A program made the translations under genes and the position numbers. DNA of 64,000 nucleotides from positions 496 through 64,495 of the forward strand of contig CAZMMU010000010.1 of NCBI GenBank assembly GCA_964567455.1, given 5' to 3'. Positions 51,919-61,776 of the stretch are shown piece after piece. Within the stretch, counting starts at the first letter, position 1, and the number at the start of each line of letters is the position of its first letter. This DNA comes from an uncultured Hyphomonas sp. GTDB taxonomy: Bacteria > Pseudomonadota > Alphaproteobacteria > Caulobacterales > Hyphomonadaceae. The notes under the pieces were generated by a model. The model saw only the letters and a program-made list of their open reading frames with translations. It made no database searches and was not told the origin of the DNA.

Positions 51919-52425
51919 ATGGCGACACTGATCGTAAACGGACGGCGGGAGGCGTTGGATGTCGATCCGAACCAGCCATTGCTTTGGGCCTTGCGCGAGA
52001 ATTTGAAGTTGACGGGCACTAAATTTGGCTGCGGGATCGCGCAATGTGGTGCGTGCACTGTGCATGTTGATGGTCAACCCGTGCGGTCCTGTTCGACGCC
52101 TGTTGCTTTTGCAGATGGAAAAGAGATCACGACCATTGAAGGACTGAAAAGCGCGGATGGAACGCTGCACGCGCTCCAGCAAGCCTGGATTGATAATCAG
52201 GTGCCCCAATGTGGATACTGCCAGTCCGGTCAGATTATGTCTGCAGTGGCCTTGCTTGAATCGAAGCCGCGCCCGACGGACGCTGATATAGATACGGCCA
52301 TGCGTGGCAATATCTGCCGTTGCGGGATGTATTCGCGCATTCGCAAAGCCATAAAGGAAGCTGCTCTGACATTGCCGGTGTCCGCACCTGATTTGACAGA
52401 TGTGGAGGGTCAGCCCAATGAATAA
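51919..52425 (+). CDS. (2Fe-2S)-binding small subunit of an IorAB/aldehyde-oxidoreductase-type molybdoenzyme
   Basis: 168 aa with [11 protein letters not shown] and QCGYCQSG...CRCG cluster motifs. Confidence 0.85.
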   Translation: MATLIVNGRREALDVDPNQPLLWALRENLKLTGTKFGCGIAQCGACTVHVDGQPVRSCSTPVAFADGKEITTIEGLKSADGTLHALQQAWIDNQVPQCGYCQSGQIMSAVALLESKPRPTDADIDTAMRGNICRCGMYSRIRKAIKEAALTLPVSAPDLTDVEGQPNE

Positions 52426-54631
52426 GTGGACACGTAGAGGTTTTATCACTGCGGGCGTTCTGACGACAGGCGCGCTTGTTGTTGGCGTTGCCATTCGCCC
52501 GGGTCACAGAGCGCCGAAACTGGCTGGCATGGTGGCAGATGGTGAGGGCGAGGTGCTCGTCAACACATGGGTTAAAATTGATGCCGATAACCTCGTCACG
52601 GCGATCGCGCCTCATAGCGAGATGGGACAGGGCGCGCCTACTGCGCTGACGCAGATGCTTGCTGACGAAATGGATGCGGACTGGGAGAAGATTGCCTATC
52701 AGGAAGCCCCCGCCCACGAAGATTTCGCCAATTATGCGTTGGCGCGAGAGTTTATTGCGGGGGATATGTCGATCCCGCGATTCCTGGATGATACGGTTGA
52801 TGGTGTCTTCCTGAATTTGGCCAAGTCTGATCTGGTTGGGCAGATCACAGGCGGCTCGACTTCTATACGGTTGACCGGTCAGCGCGGCATGCGAATTGCC
52901 GGAGCGGCGGCGCGTGAAATGATCGTCAAAGCAGCGGCGAAAACGTGGAAAGTGCCCGCCCGTGAGCTGCGCACTGAAAATTCGCAGGTGTTTCATGACG
53001 GGTCTGGCCAGTCGGGACGGTATGCTGATTTTGCGGAAGAGGCGGCCAAGCATATGCCGCCTTCCCAGCCCAAGCTTAAGGCGGTGTCGGAATACCAAAT
53101 TATGGGCAAGCCGAAGCAACGGTTTGACATTCCGTCCAAAGTTGATGGCACAGCGATGTTCGGCATAGATGTCGACCTGCCTGACATGAAATATGCTGCC
53201 GTCATGGGAGCGCCTGTTATCGGATCAACGGTGAAAACTGTGGACGCCAGCACCGCGGAAACGATGCCTGGCGTGGTGAAGATCGTCAAGAAAGACCATT
53301 TCGTTGCCGTGGTTGCTGATGGCTATTGGCAAGCGCAGCAAGCAATCCATGCGCTTAATGTTACGTTCGACGAGGGCGAAGCGGGCGCGCGCGATCAGGA
53401 TGGTATTTATGAGCGCTTTCGTACTGCGATGACCGAAGCGGTTGATCAGGGAAAAGAGAAAGAAGACATTTCCCATGGCAACGCCCGCAAAGCAGCCAAA
53501 TCAGCGGCGCGCACGTTCGAGGCTGAATATTCAGTTCCGTTCCTTGCCCATGCCGCTATGGAACCGCTAAATGCAACCGTGCGGATCGATGGCAAAACCG
53601 CCGAGGTCTGGACGGGCACGCAGAATCCACTGCTCACGCGTAACGCGGTTGCCGAGGCAATTGGCTTCAAGACGGCTGATGTTGCCGTGCACAACCAGTT
53701 TCTTGGGGGCGGATTTGGCCGCCGGGCCAATCCTGATTATTCGATCATGGCTGCACAGATTGCGCTCGACTGCGGTTTCCCTGTGAAAATGATCTGGTCT
53801 CGTGAAGAGGATACCCAGCAAGACTGGTATCGCCTTGCATCTGTTAGCCGGTTCAAAGTCGGGCTCGATGATGAGGGCATGCCGGTGTCATGGGAACAGC
53901 AATATGTCGACAAGCATGATCCGCCCGAAGCGGCCCATCCGATCTACAATCTCGACAATGCGTTCGTGCACTATATCGAAAGCGATCACCATATGCGTTT
54001 TGGCGCGTGGCGGTCAGTCGATCACACCCAGCACGGTTTCTATATTGAAAGCGCGATTGATGAATTGGCGCATGAGGCGGGCAAGGACGGATACGAGTAT
54101 CGCCGCGCGTTGCTTGCAGGCAAGCCGCGCCATCTGGCCGTGCTTGATGCGGCGGCCAAGGCGGCAGGTTGGGGCAAGACGATGCCGGATGGGCACGGCC
54201 TCGGCATTTCGATTGTCGAAAGCTTTGGCACGCTTTGCGCCCAGGTGGTTGAAGTTGACATGACGGGCAGCGTTCCAAAGGTCAGCCATGTCTATGCGGC
54301 CGCTGATCCGGGCTTTGTTGTCAATCCTGACGGATTTACGGCGCAGATCGAGAGCGGCGTGATCTATGGTCTGACAGCCGCGCTTTATGGTGAGATCACA
54401 ATTGAAGCGGGTCGTGTGATGCAGTCCAATTTCCATGATTACGAGATTGTCCGCATGGATGAAGCGCCCGAGATTCATGTGACCTTGATCAATTCCGGTG
54501 CCAAGCTTGGCGGTGGGGGAGAACCCGGCACGCCGCCAATCGCGCCTGCGCTCGCCAATGCGATTTTCAATGCAACGGGCAAACGGCTACGGACCTTGCC
54601 GCTGGCGTATCAGGATACGGGCTCGGTCTAG
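52418..54631 (+). CDS. Molybdopterin-binding large subunit (isoquinoline 1-oxidoreductase beta / aldehyde oxidase family), Tat-exported
   Basis: The start is at [23 protein letters not shown] (twin-arginine motif). It overlaps the small-subunit stop. The size and the GGGFGRR motif fit the family. Confidence 0.85.
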   Translation: MNKWTRRGFITAGVLTTGALVVGVAIRPGHRAPKLAGMVADGEGEVLVNTWVKIDADNLVTAIAPHSEMGQGAPTALTQMLADEMDADWEKIAYQEAPAHEDFANYALAREFIAGDMSIPRFLDDTVDGVFLNLAKSDLVGQITGGSTSIRLTGQRGMRIAGAAAREMIVKAAAKTWKVPARELRTENSQVFHDGSGQSGRYADFAEEAAKHMPPSQPKLKAVSEYQIMGKPKQRFDIPSKVDGTAMFGIDVDLPDMKYAAVMGAPVIGSTVKTVDASTAETMPGVVKIVKKDHFVAVVADGYWQAQQAIHALNVTFDEGEAGARDQDGIYERFRTAMTEAVDQGKEKEDISHGNARKAAKSAARTFEAEYSVPFLAHAAMEPLNATVRIDGKTAEVWTGTQNPLLTRNAVAEAIGFKTADVAVHNQFLGGGFGRRANPDYSIMAAQIALDCGFPVKMIWSREEDTQQDWYRLASVSRFKVGLDDEGMPVSWEQQYVDKHDPPEAAHPIYNLDNAFVHYIESDHHMRFGAWRSVDHTQHGFYIESAIDELAHEAGKDGYEYRRALLAGKPRHLAVLDAAAKAAGWGKTMPDGHGLGISIVESFGTLCAQVVEVDMTGSVPKVSHVYAAADPGFVVNPDGFTAQIESGVIYGLTAALYGEITIEAGRVMQSNFHDYEIVRMDEAPEIHVTLINSGAKLGGGGEPGTPPIAPALANAIFNATGKRLRTLPLAYQDTGSV

Positions 54632-54750
54632 AAAATTGGTTGCCCTCGGGCTTGTGCCTTCAGTCTGCCGCAAATCAGGGTAAGACTGGAGGTAAGCCAA
54701 ATGGGGATTGCGCTTGTGACGTAAACCCAATGACTCAGGGAGAGCTTGCG

Positions 54751-55203
54751 ATGAAAACAGGGTATTTGACAGCGTTGGTCGCCACCGGACTTGCATATGC
54801 GTGGTCCGGGACTGCGATGGCCGACGAGCAGTGGACGAGCAACGGAAAGACGATTGTCTACGAGGCTGAAGAGGGCGATATGGCTGTGCTCTCTGTCGAT
54901 GGCACGACGATCTATATTGAGGGCCTTGCGGGGGTCTATCAGGATCGCGGCACCTATGGCGGCATCTGGATGCTCGACGAGCCCCCAATGGTTGAAAACG
55001 AAGCGGGCGAAAGTGTTCCAGCGGAGGGGTGCGGATTTTCCATGCTCCGTCCGGGCAAGAGCGGGGACGTCTCAGCCTATTGGGGGCAAGTTGAAGTCAC
55101 GTTCATTGATGCTGATTTCCCAAGCGTTTGGATTGGCTATTTCGGCGATTGTTTCGATCCACCATCGGATACGATGATTGCCCGTCCGCTCGTAGGAGAG
55201 TAA
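54751..55203 (+). CDS. Hypothetical secreted protein
   Basis: It has a signal peptide (MKTGYLTALVATGLAYAWSGTAMA). I recognise no family. Confidence 0.5.
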   Translation: MKTGYLTALVATGLAYAWSGTAMADEQWTSNGKTIVYEAEEGDMAVLSVDGTTIYIEGLAGVYQDRGTYGGIWMLDEPPMVENEAGESVPAEGCGFSMLRPGKSGDVSAYWGQVEVTFIDADFPSVWIGYFGDCFDPPSDTMIARPLVGE

Positions 55204-55205
55204 CG

Positions 55206-55739
55206 ATGCGTGCGCTCGCAGCTTTGTTTGTCCTGTCTGGTTTGGCAGCCTGTTCTAGCTTTGGCGACGTGATCAATCGGCCCTCGGCGCCGGTGATCCG
55301 TGGCGAGCCACGCCCGGCCGCCGGGCCATCGACGCAAATCTCGCAATGCCGGTCGGCAGGTGCCCGCGACGCGCGCATTCAATATCCTGCCGGATGGCAC
55401 CGCCGGGTGGCTGCCGTCGAAGTGGAGGACGAGTTGCTTGGAGGCGGGCCGTCCAGCGGGGTGGCATCATCGTCAACGCCGACGCCTGCGGGCTCGCTGG
55501 TCCCGTCTTATCCGAAAGCGGCGCTGTCGCCCCCGACCGAGGGGGTCTGCGAGGTAAAGTTCGACCTGTCACGGCGCGGCGTCGCGAGCAATGCCATCGC
55601 CGCCTGCTCGAACCCGCTCTTTCTCGCCGAAGCTGTTCGGGCGGTGGAAGCGACGAGATTTGAACCGTTTCGCGTTAATGGACAGATTGCCACCGGTATA
55701 AACCAGATCTATCCGTTAATGTTCTGCTTGGCCGATTAG
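55206..55739 (+). CDS. Lipoprotein with TonB C-terminal-like domain
   Basis: It has a lipobox (LSGLAAC). The C-terminal approximately 80 aa (SYPKAALSPPTEGVCEVKFDLSRRGVASNAIAACSNPLFLAEAVRAVEATRFEP) resembles the TonB_C fold. Confidence 0.5.
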   Translation: MRALAALFVLSGLAACSSFGDVINRPSAPVIRGEPRPAAGPSTQISQCRSAGARDARIQYPAGWHRRVAAVEVEDELLGGGPSSGVASSSTPTPAGSLVPSYPKAALSPPTEGVCEVKFDLSRRGVASNAIAACSNPLFLAEAVRAVEATRFEPFRVNGQIATGINQIYPLMFCLAD

Positions 55740-55777
55740 TCTGGGTTGAGCGGGCGCGAGACAAAAAGGGGAAGTAA

Positions 55778-56200
55778 ATGATGCTGAAAACGGCTGTTGA
55801 GACGACGGGCTATTCGCCTTGGCTGCAGGCCTGGATGGACTATTTCGAGAGCCACGAGCCGAGCAGGCTTCATACGCTTTTGCATGATGATGTTGTGTTC
55901 CACAGCCCGGTTGTTTTCACCCCGCAACGGGGCAAAGCCATCACAATGGCGTATCTCGGTGCGGCAGGTAAAACCCTGTCCAATGACCAGTTTCGCTATA
56001 TTCGCGTGTTTGATTGTGGCCAGCGTGCTGTGCTCGAATTTGAAACCGAAATGGATGGGAAATACGTCAACGGTCTGGATATGATCGAATGGGATGCGGA
56101 CGGCAAGATTACTGAGTTCAAGGTTATGGTGCGGCCATTACAAGCCATGCAGACCGTTCATGCGGCCATGGGCGCCATGCTTGCCAAGATGAAAAACTAG
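55778..56200 (+). CDS. NTF2-fold (SnoaL-like) protein
   Basis: 140 aa. The size and pattern (DVVFHSPVVFTPQRGK...AVLEFETEMDGKYVNGLDMIEWDADGKITEFKVMVRP) are typical of the family. Confidence 0.55.
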   Translation: MMLKTAVETTGYSPWLQAWMDYFESHEPSRLHTLLHDDVVFHSPVVFTPQRGKAITMAYLGAAGKTLSNDQFRYIRVFDCGQRAVLEFETEMDGKYVNGLDMIEWDADGKITEFKVMVRPLQAMQTVHAAMGAMLAKMKN

Positions 56201-56268
56201 CCTAATTCGCACATGCCATCACGCGAAACTCCTTTGCCTTGGCGGAATCTCGCGCTAATCAGATCGGC

Positions 56269-57228
56269 ATGACGACATATCTTGATTTTGAAAAGCCGAT
56301 CGCTGAACTGGACACCAAGATCCACGAGCTTGAAGCGCTTGCCGCCACCCGTGAAGGGCCATCTATTGCGGACGAGGTCCAGAAACTGCGCAGCAAATCT
56401 GCGAGGCAGTTGAAAGACCTCTACTCGGATCTCTCTGCCTGGCGCAAAACCCAGGTCGCAAGGCATCCTAACCGACCGCATTTTCTCGATTATGTAACGC
56501 ATCTTTGCGAGGATTATCAGGAATTGTCCGGCGACCGCGTCTTCGGCGATGACAATGCGATATTGGGGGGGCTCGCGACGTTCAATGGACGCTCGGTGGT
56601 GGTCATGGGCCACGAAAAGGGGCGCACCACCGAAAGTCGATTGAAGCATAATTTTGGCATGGCCCATCCTGAAGGTTATCGCAAAACCGTGCGCCTGATG
56701 AATTTGGCGGAGAAGTTTAATCTGCCCGTTTTATCCTTTGTTGATACTGCCGGAGCCTATCCGGGTAAGGCGGGCGAGGAGCGCGGACAGGCCGAGGCGA
56801 TTGCCCGTTCGACCGAGCGCTGTCTGACGTTACCTGTGCCGATGGTGGCGCTGATTATCGGGGAGGGCGGCTCTGGTGGTGCTATTGCCATTGCAGCGGC
56901 CAATAAAGTCCTGATGCTGGAGCATTCGATCTATTCCGTCATTTCGCCAGAGGGGTGCGCGTCGATCCTTTACCGCGATGCCGTCAAAGCGAAGGACGCT
57001 GCCGAAGCGATGAAGATAACCGGGGAGCACTTGCTGAAGCTCCATATTGTCGATCACGTCATCAAGGAACCCGTGGGCGGGGCCCATCGCGATCCCGAAC
57101 AAGCGGTCAAAAATGCGGGCAAAGCGATCGAAAAAGAGCTGAAAAGCTTGCTCAAGCTGACACCTGAGGAGATCAAACGCCAACGACGTGAGCGGTTTTA
57201 CGCCATCGGTCGCGAAGGCATGAGCTAG
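56269..57228 (+). CDS. accA: Acetyl-CoA carboxylase carboxyltransferase alpha subunit
   Basis: The start is at MTTYLDFEKPIAELDTKIHEL, the canonical AccA N-terminus. FVDTAGAYPG and GEGGSGGALAI-like motifs are present (IGEGGSGGAIAIA). Confidence 0.93.
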   Translation: MTTYLDFEKPIAELDTKIHELEALAATREGPSIADEVQKLRSKSARQLKDLYSDLSAWRKTQVARHPNRPHFLDYVTHLCEDYQELSGDRVFGDDNAILGGLATFNGRSVVVMGHEKGRTTESRLKHNFGMAHPEGYRKTVRLMNLAEKFNLPVLSFVDTAGAYPGKAGEERGQAEAIARSTERCLTLPVPMVALIIGEGGSGGAIAIAAANKVLMLEHSIYSVISPEGCASILYRDAVKAKDAAEAMKITGEHLLKLHIVDHVIKEPVGGAHRDPEQAVKNAGKAIEKELKSLLKLTPEEIKRQRRERFYAIGREGMS

Positions 57229-57237
57229 CGGCCGTAT

Positions 57238-57696
57238 ATGGATCAGCACGTCAAAATAGAAGTTTGTCCACTTGCCCATTTCGATGGGTTGTCTTTGCCC
57301 GCCTATGAAACGGCTGGATCGGCTGGCATGGATTTGCGCGCGGCAGTGCCGGTGGGCGAACCTGTGGTGCTACGCTCCGGCGCGCGCGCGATGGTGCCGA
57401 CCGGATTGTCGTTCGCTATTCCGCTTGGCTATGAAGTCCAGATCCGGCCGCGATCAGGGCTGGCCGCCAAGCATGGTATCACCTGCCTGAACACGCCGGG
57501 CACGATCGACAGCGATTATCGCGGCGAAATCAAAATTATCCTGATCAATCTGGGCGACTCGGATTTTGTGATCGAGCGTGGTGACCGGATTGCGCAGATG
57601 GTGCTGGCCCCCGTCACGCAAGCGGTTTGGGAAGAGGTTGTTCTTCTCGATGAGACCTCGCGTGGTTCTGGCGGCTTTGGGTCAACGGGCCAATAA
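57238..57696 (+). CDS. dut: dUTP diphosphatase
   Basis: 152 aa with the [20 protein letters not shown] and GGFGSTG motifs. Confidence 0.95.
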   Translation: MDQHVKIEVCPLAHFDGLSLPAYETAGSAGMDLRAAVPVGEPVVLRSGARAMVPTGLSFAIPLGYEVQIRPRSGLAAKHGITCLNTPGTIDSDYRGEIKIILINLGDSDFVIERGDRIAQMVLAPVTQAVWEEVVLLDETSRGSGGFGSTGQ

Positions 57697-57733
57697 TCCT
57701 TGTTTGCCACTTGCAATTCGGCTGCTGACCGTA

Positions 57734-57752
57734 CATATTGATATTCAATATG
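57734..57752. promoter_or_regulatory. Inverted repeat CATATTGA-tat-TCAATATG upstream of the first small membrane protein gene
   Basis: It has perfect 8-bp arms and ends 17 nt before the ATG at 57769. It overlaps the motif TACATATTG..TCAATA, which is also present at 58065-58083. Confidence 0.5.
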
Positions 57753-57768
57753 GATTGAGGAGAGCGGT

Positions 57769-57999
57769 ATGGGCGTGTTTGAAATGGTCGTCGCCATTGT
57801 GGTGATCGGGTGTGTGACCAGCAGCATCGATAATTGGGTAAAACATAAAGCCAAGTCTGAGAAAAACCGTGTTCAGGATGGCGAGATTGAGGGCCTTCGG
57901 TCTGAAATCGCTGATCTTAAAGCGCGGATGCAGGTCATGGAAAAGCTTGCGACAGATAATGATGCCGATTTGCGCGCCGCCTTCCGCAAGCTCGCCTAA
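57769..57999 (+). CDS. Small single-pass membrane protein with C-terminal amphipathic helix (PspB-like architecture)
   Basis: 76 aa. The GAGGAG Shine-Dalgarno lies 6 nt upstream. It has a TM (MVVAIVVIGCV), a basic stretch, and then IEGLRSEIADLKARMQVMEKL. Confidence 0.55.
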   Translation: MGVFEMVVAIVVIGCVTSSIDNWVKHKAKSEKNRVQDGEIEGLRSEIADLKARMQVMEKLATDNDADLRAAFRKLA

Positions 58000-58063
58000 G
58001 CCGAGCCTTAGTCGAAAATTTGAATAATTGTTCAGTTAAGTCTTGTAAGTGGAAGATCGCTCA

Positions 58064-58098
58064 TTACATATTGTTTATCAATAAAAACTTATATGTAA
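58064..58098. promoter_or_regulatory. Inverted repeat TTACATAT-N19-ATATGTAA upstream of the second small membrane protein gene
   Basis: It has perfect 8-bp arms. The right arm abuts the AAGAGG Shine-Dalgarno of the ATG at 58109. The left arm carries the shared TACATATTG motif. Confidence 0.45.
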
Positions 58099-58108
58099 GA
58101 GGACCCCG

Positions 58109-58315
58109 ATGAACCTGATCGTTATCGCTATCATTGTCTTGATTATTGTTATGATTTCCAAAGAACCTCGCTCGGAGCGCAAACATGGCCGTCGCCGTGA
58201 TGGGCCCGCCCCGGAGGCGCGCCGGATCGACGAATTGTCTCACCGCGTGGGTGTTCTGGAGGAGATCCTGCTTGATCGGGAGCGTCGGCTTCGGGACAAG
58301 TTCGGAGACTTGTAG
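58109..58315 (+). CDS. PspB-like envelope-stress small membrane protein
   Basis: 68 aa with an N-terminal TM (LIVIAIIVLIIVMI), a basic stretch, and RRIDELSHRVGVLEEILLDRERRL. This resembles the PspB C-terminal helix pattern (RI..LE.ILD.E). Confidence 0.55.
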   Translation: MNLIVIAIIVLIIVMISKEPRSERKHGRRRDGPAPEARRIDELSHRVGVLEEILLDRERRLRDKFGDL

Positions 58316-58320
58316 ACCAG

Positions 58321-59325
58321 CTAAATCTGGGCTGTGTACTGGTTTGCCTCATAGACGCCGCGAGCGATGGCCCGGGCCAGGGTGCTGGCAGCCAATTCAC
58401 CGATCCGCGCCAAGTTTAGAGGTTTCGGCGCTGAAAGGGGCTTATTGGCGGTTGAAAGGACAAAAACTGCGTCCCCGTCAAATGGTGCAAATACCGGACG
58501 AATTGCGCGTGAAAAGCCTGAAAGCGCCATTTTTGCAACGCGTTTGGCCTCATCAGTTGTCAGAGCTATGTCGGTCGCAATACAAGCAATTGTCGTATTC
58601 TGGCCCAGCGCCGGATTGATCTTTGCCGCGCCCCAGTCATCGGCGTCAGCAGTATAATCGCTCGGAGGGCGTACGCCTCCGAATTCGTCCTTTATTTCGA
58701 AAGGCCAAGCCCAGAACGCGTTTGTCCCCGGCATTTTGGTTGCACCAAAACAATTGACCGCTGCCATCGCGCCAATTGTCATTCCGTCATTTGTAATAAG
58801 GCTGGCAGAGCCCAGCCCGCCCTCAACGGCGCCGGCCCGCGCGCCAAAGCCTGCGCCTGCCTTGCCCAATTTGAAAATGGGGTCCGAAGCGGCCGCTTGC
58901 TCGAATGCACTCCGGCCCAATTCTTGATAAGGGGATCGTTCTCCCCATGCTTTATTTCCGCCATTGGCCAGATCATAAAGGATCGCGGCGGGCACAATCG
59001 GTGTCTTCGGTACGCCGGGTAGATCCATCAGCCCAAAGCCGCGTCCCTGTGCATGCAGACCTGCGGCGACACCATCGGCAGCGGCCAGTCCGAATGCGCT
59101 GCCGCCTGAAAGACATATCGCATCCACTGCATCAACCAGTGTGCCAGCGTCGAGCAGGTCTGTCTCTCGCGTACCAGGTCCGCCGCCTGCAACAGCGACC
59201 GCACCGACGCATGGTTCGTCTGCCAGAATAACGCTTACGCCTGTGCGCACGTCTGCATCCTCAGCATGGCCGACAGAGAGTCCGGCGACATCAGTGATTA
59301 GATTGTGCGGTCCGGGGTTGCTCAT
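58321..59325 (-). CDS. P1/S58 family peptidase (DmpA-type L-aminopeptidase/Ntn hydrolase)
   Basis: 334 aa. The N-terminus NLITDVAGLSVGH and the overall Gly/Ala-rich pattern are typical of the DmpA/BapA family. Confidence 0.7.
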   Translation of the reverse strand: MSNPGPHNLITDVAGLSVGHAEDADVRTGVSVILADEPCVGAVAVAGGGPGTRETDLLDAGTLVDAVDAICLSGGSAFGLAAADGVAAGLHAQGRGFGLMDLPGVPKTPIVPAAILYDLANGGNKAWGERSPYQELGRSAFEQAAASDPIFKLGKAGAGFGARAGAVEGGLGSASLITNDGMTIGAMAAVNCFGATKMPGTNAFWAWPFEIKDEFGGVRPPSDYTADADDWGAAKINPALGQNTTIACIATDIALTTDEAKRVAKMALSGFSRAIRPVFAPFDGDAVFVLSTANKPLSAPKPLNLARIGELAASTLARAIARGVYEANQYTAQI

Positions 59326-59508
59326 CGTGTCTGTCCTGTTGGCAAGGGTTTGTCTCTTCCCTAATCGGCCTGCGCCATGAATGCAAAACTGCGCGAGCTT
59401 TCGGGAAGATAATCGGCACAGAAAAAGCCGATAGACTTGCGCTGGCGAGCCCCCTGTGGGAACCCATTAGGTAGCAAACTCCATCCGATGCAACACGGCG
59501 GGCACGAT

Positions 59509-61275
59509 ATGAAACGATCACTCTTTTCTGCACTTCTGTTGGGACTGGTAGCCTGTTCTGCAGATGCGCCTCCGCCAAACGTGTCGGGGGCTGTCGCTTC
59601 AGATGCGGCGCAGGAGCGTCAGACACAGGTCTGGGATAAGGGCGCTATGGTGGCAGCGGCAGATCCGCGCGCGGTCGAAGCGGGCCTTAAAGTTCTGCGC
59701 GAGGGTGGGCATGCGGTCGATGCTGCGATTGCGGTTCACGCTGTGCTTGGTCTCGTCGAGCCACAAAGCTCGGGGCTGGGCGGCGGCGCGTTTATGCTCG
59801 TCTATGATCGAGCGTCTGGCATGACGACCGTGTTTGATGGACGCGAAACGGCACCATCTGCGATTGACGAAAATCTTTTTGTCAAAGATGGCGAGGTGAT
59901 GGGATTTATCGAGAGTTGGCAGTCTGGGCGCTCGGTTGGTGTGCCGGGCCAGATTGCGCTCTACAAAACCGCTCATGATGCGTTTGGCAATGCGCCTTGG
60001 AGCCGCCTGTTCGAGAGCGGCATTTCGCTCGCCGAAGATGGATTTGTCGTGGGACCGCGGCTTGCAAATCTGCTGAATAGCGACCGGTTGCGCAGCGCGG
60101 TCAAGCTTGATGAGAATCCCGGGGCATCCGACTATTTCTACCCTCAGGGGACGCCTCTGCAGGCAACGGATGTGCGCGACAATCCTGACTATGCCGCTAC
60201 GCTGCGCACGATCGCAACGGAGGGACCAGCGGGCTTTTATGGTGGCGCGATTGCCCAATCGATGGTGGAGGCTGTTCAGGCAGGTGGAGGCGCTATGACC
60301 CTTGAGGATCTGGCTGGATATGAGACGGTAACGCGCGCGCCGCTGTGTGGAAAGTTCCGTACCTATCGCATCTGCTCTGCGCCGCCGCCGTCCTCCGGCG
60401 GGGTTGCCCAGAACATGATTATGGGACTTTACGAGCGTCTGCTCAAAGCCGGACCTGATACGCCTTCGGCCTCGGATCGTCTGATTGCTTTTGTCGAAGC
60501 CCAGCGGCTCGCTTACGCAGACCGGGACCACTATGTTGCCGATGCTGACTTTGTGCAGGTGCCCTTCGAGGACCTCATTAATCCGCGGTATCTTGATGCG
60601 CGCGCCCAGCAGGGAGGGCCGGCAGACGAGACACCTCAGCCGGGCGATCCGGGCGAAGTGTTGGGTCGATCCGCAATGATAGACATGTGGGGGCGTGACA
60701 CGACTGAAGACGCGCCGGGTACCACACATATTTCGATTGTTGATCAGAACGGAAACGCCGTTTCTATGACCGCAACTGTGGAAGCGGCGTTCGGCTCTTC
60801 GATCTGGGCCTCCGGATTTTTGCTGAACAATGAACTCACCGATTTTGCGCGCCAGCCAGAGATCAATGGGAAGCCCGTGGCCAATGCGCCAGCGGCGGGC
60901 AAACGGCCGCGCTCTTCCATGTCACCTACGCTTGTATTCGATGCCGAGGATGACTTGTATATGGTGACGGGTTCGCCGGGCGGAAACTCGATTGTTGCCT
61001 ATGTGGCCAAGACCTTGGTCGGTGTGCTTGATCTGGGGGAAACCGCACAGGATGCGACCGGATCGCCTAATATTATTGCGCGTGGGCAAAGCGTCGGCGT
61101 GGAGGTTGATCGCGGCAATGGGCAGTCCATTGCGGACGAGCTTAAATCGCTTGGCTATGTCGTACGCGAACGACGTGGCGAGAATTCGGGTCTGCATGTC
61201 ATTGTGGTGCGGGAAGACGGTCTGGAGGGCGGGGCAGACCCGCGTCGCGATGGTGTGGCGCTTGGGCTGGACTAG
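59509..61275 (+). CDS. ggt: Gamma-glutamyltransferase
   Basis: The start is at MKRSLFSALLLGLVACS (lipobox-like signal). It has the autoprocessing nucleophile segment PGTTHISIVDQNGNAVSMT and the C-terminal GSPGG motif. Confidence 0.9.
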   Translation: MKRSLFSALLLGLVACSADAPPPNVSGAVASDAAQERQTQVWDKGAMVAAADPRAVEAGLKVLREGGHAVDAAIAVHAVLGLVEPQSSGLGGGAFMLVYDRASGMTTVFDGRETAPSAIDENLFVKDGEVMGFIESWQSGRSVGVPGQIALYKTAHDAFGNAPWSRLFESGISLAEDGFVVGPRLANLLNSDRLRSAVKLDENPGASDYFYPQGTPLQATDVRDNPDYAATLRTIATEGPAGFYGGAIAQSMVEAVQAGGGAMTLEDLAGYETVTRAPLCGKFRTYRICSAPPPSSGGVAQNMIMGLYERLLKAGPDTPSASDRLIAFVEAQRLAYADRDHYVADADFVQVPFEDLINPRYLDARAQQGGPADETPQPGDPGEVLGRSAMIDMWGRDTTEDAPGTTHISIVDQNGNAVSMTATVEAAFGSSIWASGFLLNNELTDFARQPEINGKPVANAPAAGKRPRSSMSPTLVFDAEDDLYMVTGSPGGNSIVAYVAKTLVGVLDLGETAQDATGSPNIIARGQSVGVEVDRGNGQSIADELKSLGYVVRERRGENSGLHVIVVREDGLEGGADPRRDGVALGLD

Positions 61276-61278
61276 GGG

Positions 61279-61575
61279 TCAGTTGCGGCGGAGCGTTTCG
61301 ATCGTGTCTGCCAGTTCTCCGATCGTCCTGATCTCGCTGATCGCTTCCATAGGAAACGTCACGTCGTAATTGTCTTCGACATCCATGATGACATCAAAAA
61401 TAGCAACGGAATCGACTTCGAGATCCTCTGCGATCTGTGTATCACGCGTCAGTGTTACCTTGTTCCGATTGAAAGGTTCCAGCAGCGCGTAAATATTCCC
61501 CAGCGCATTTTGCGTATTGGTGGACGAGGTGGCCGTGTCAGCCCCCTTGAAAATGCCATCCATAATATCCCTCAT
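61279..61575 (-). CDS. Stand-alone acyl carrier protein-like protein
   Basis: 98 aa. It has the phosphopantetheine-attachment type motif EDLEVDSVAIFDVIMDVE and an acidic helix-II context. An approximately 30-aa N-terminal extension precedes the four-helix core. Confidence 0.65.
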   Translation of the reverse strand: MRDIMDGIFKGADTATSSTNTQNALGNIYALLEPFNRNKVTLTRDTQIAEDLEVDSVAIFDVIMDVEDNYDVTFPMEAISEIRTIGELADTIETLRRN

Positions 61576-61776
61576 GCTCCCGTTTGAAGGTTTTGTGACT
61601 GCCTACATGGATTAGATAAATTGTAAAACTGTAGCTCGTCGAAAATAGCAGATTGTGTGGACCAATTCCCCAGATTTATGCAGTTGTGCCCGTTTATTGT
61701 CTCGATTGTTTGACTTTTGGGCACTCTGGCAAGAGTGTCACTGGTATTGCGGATGCAATGGGAAGGTGCCTTTGCT

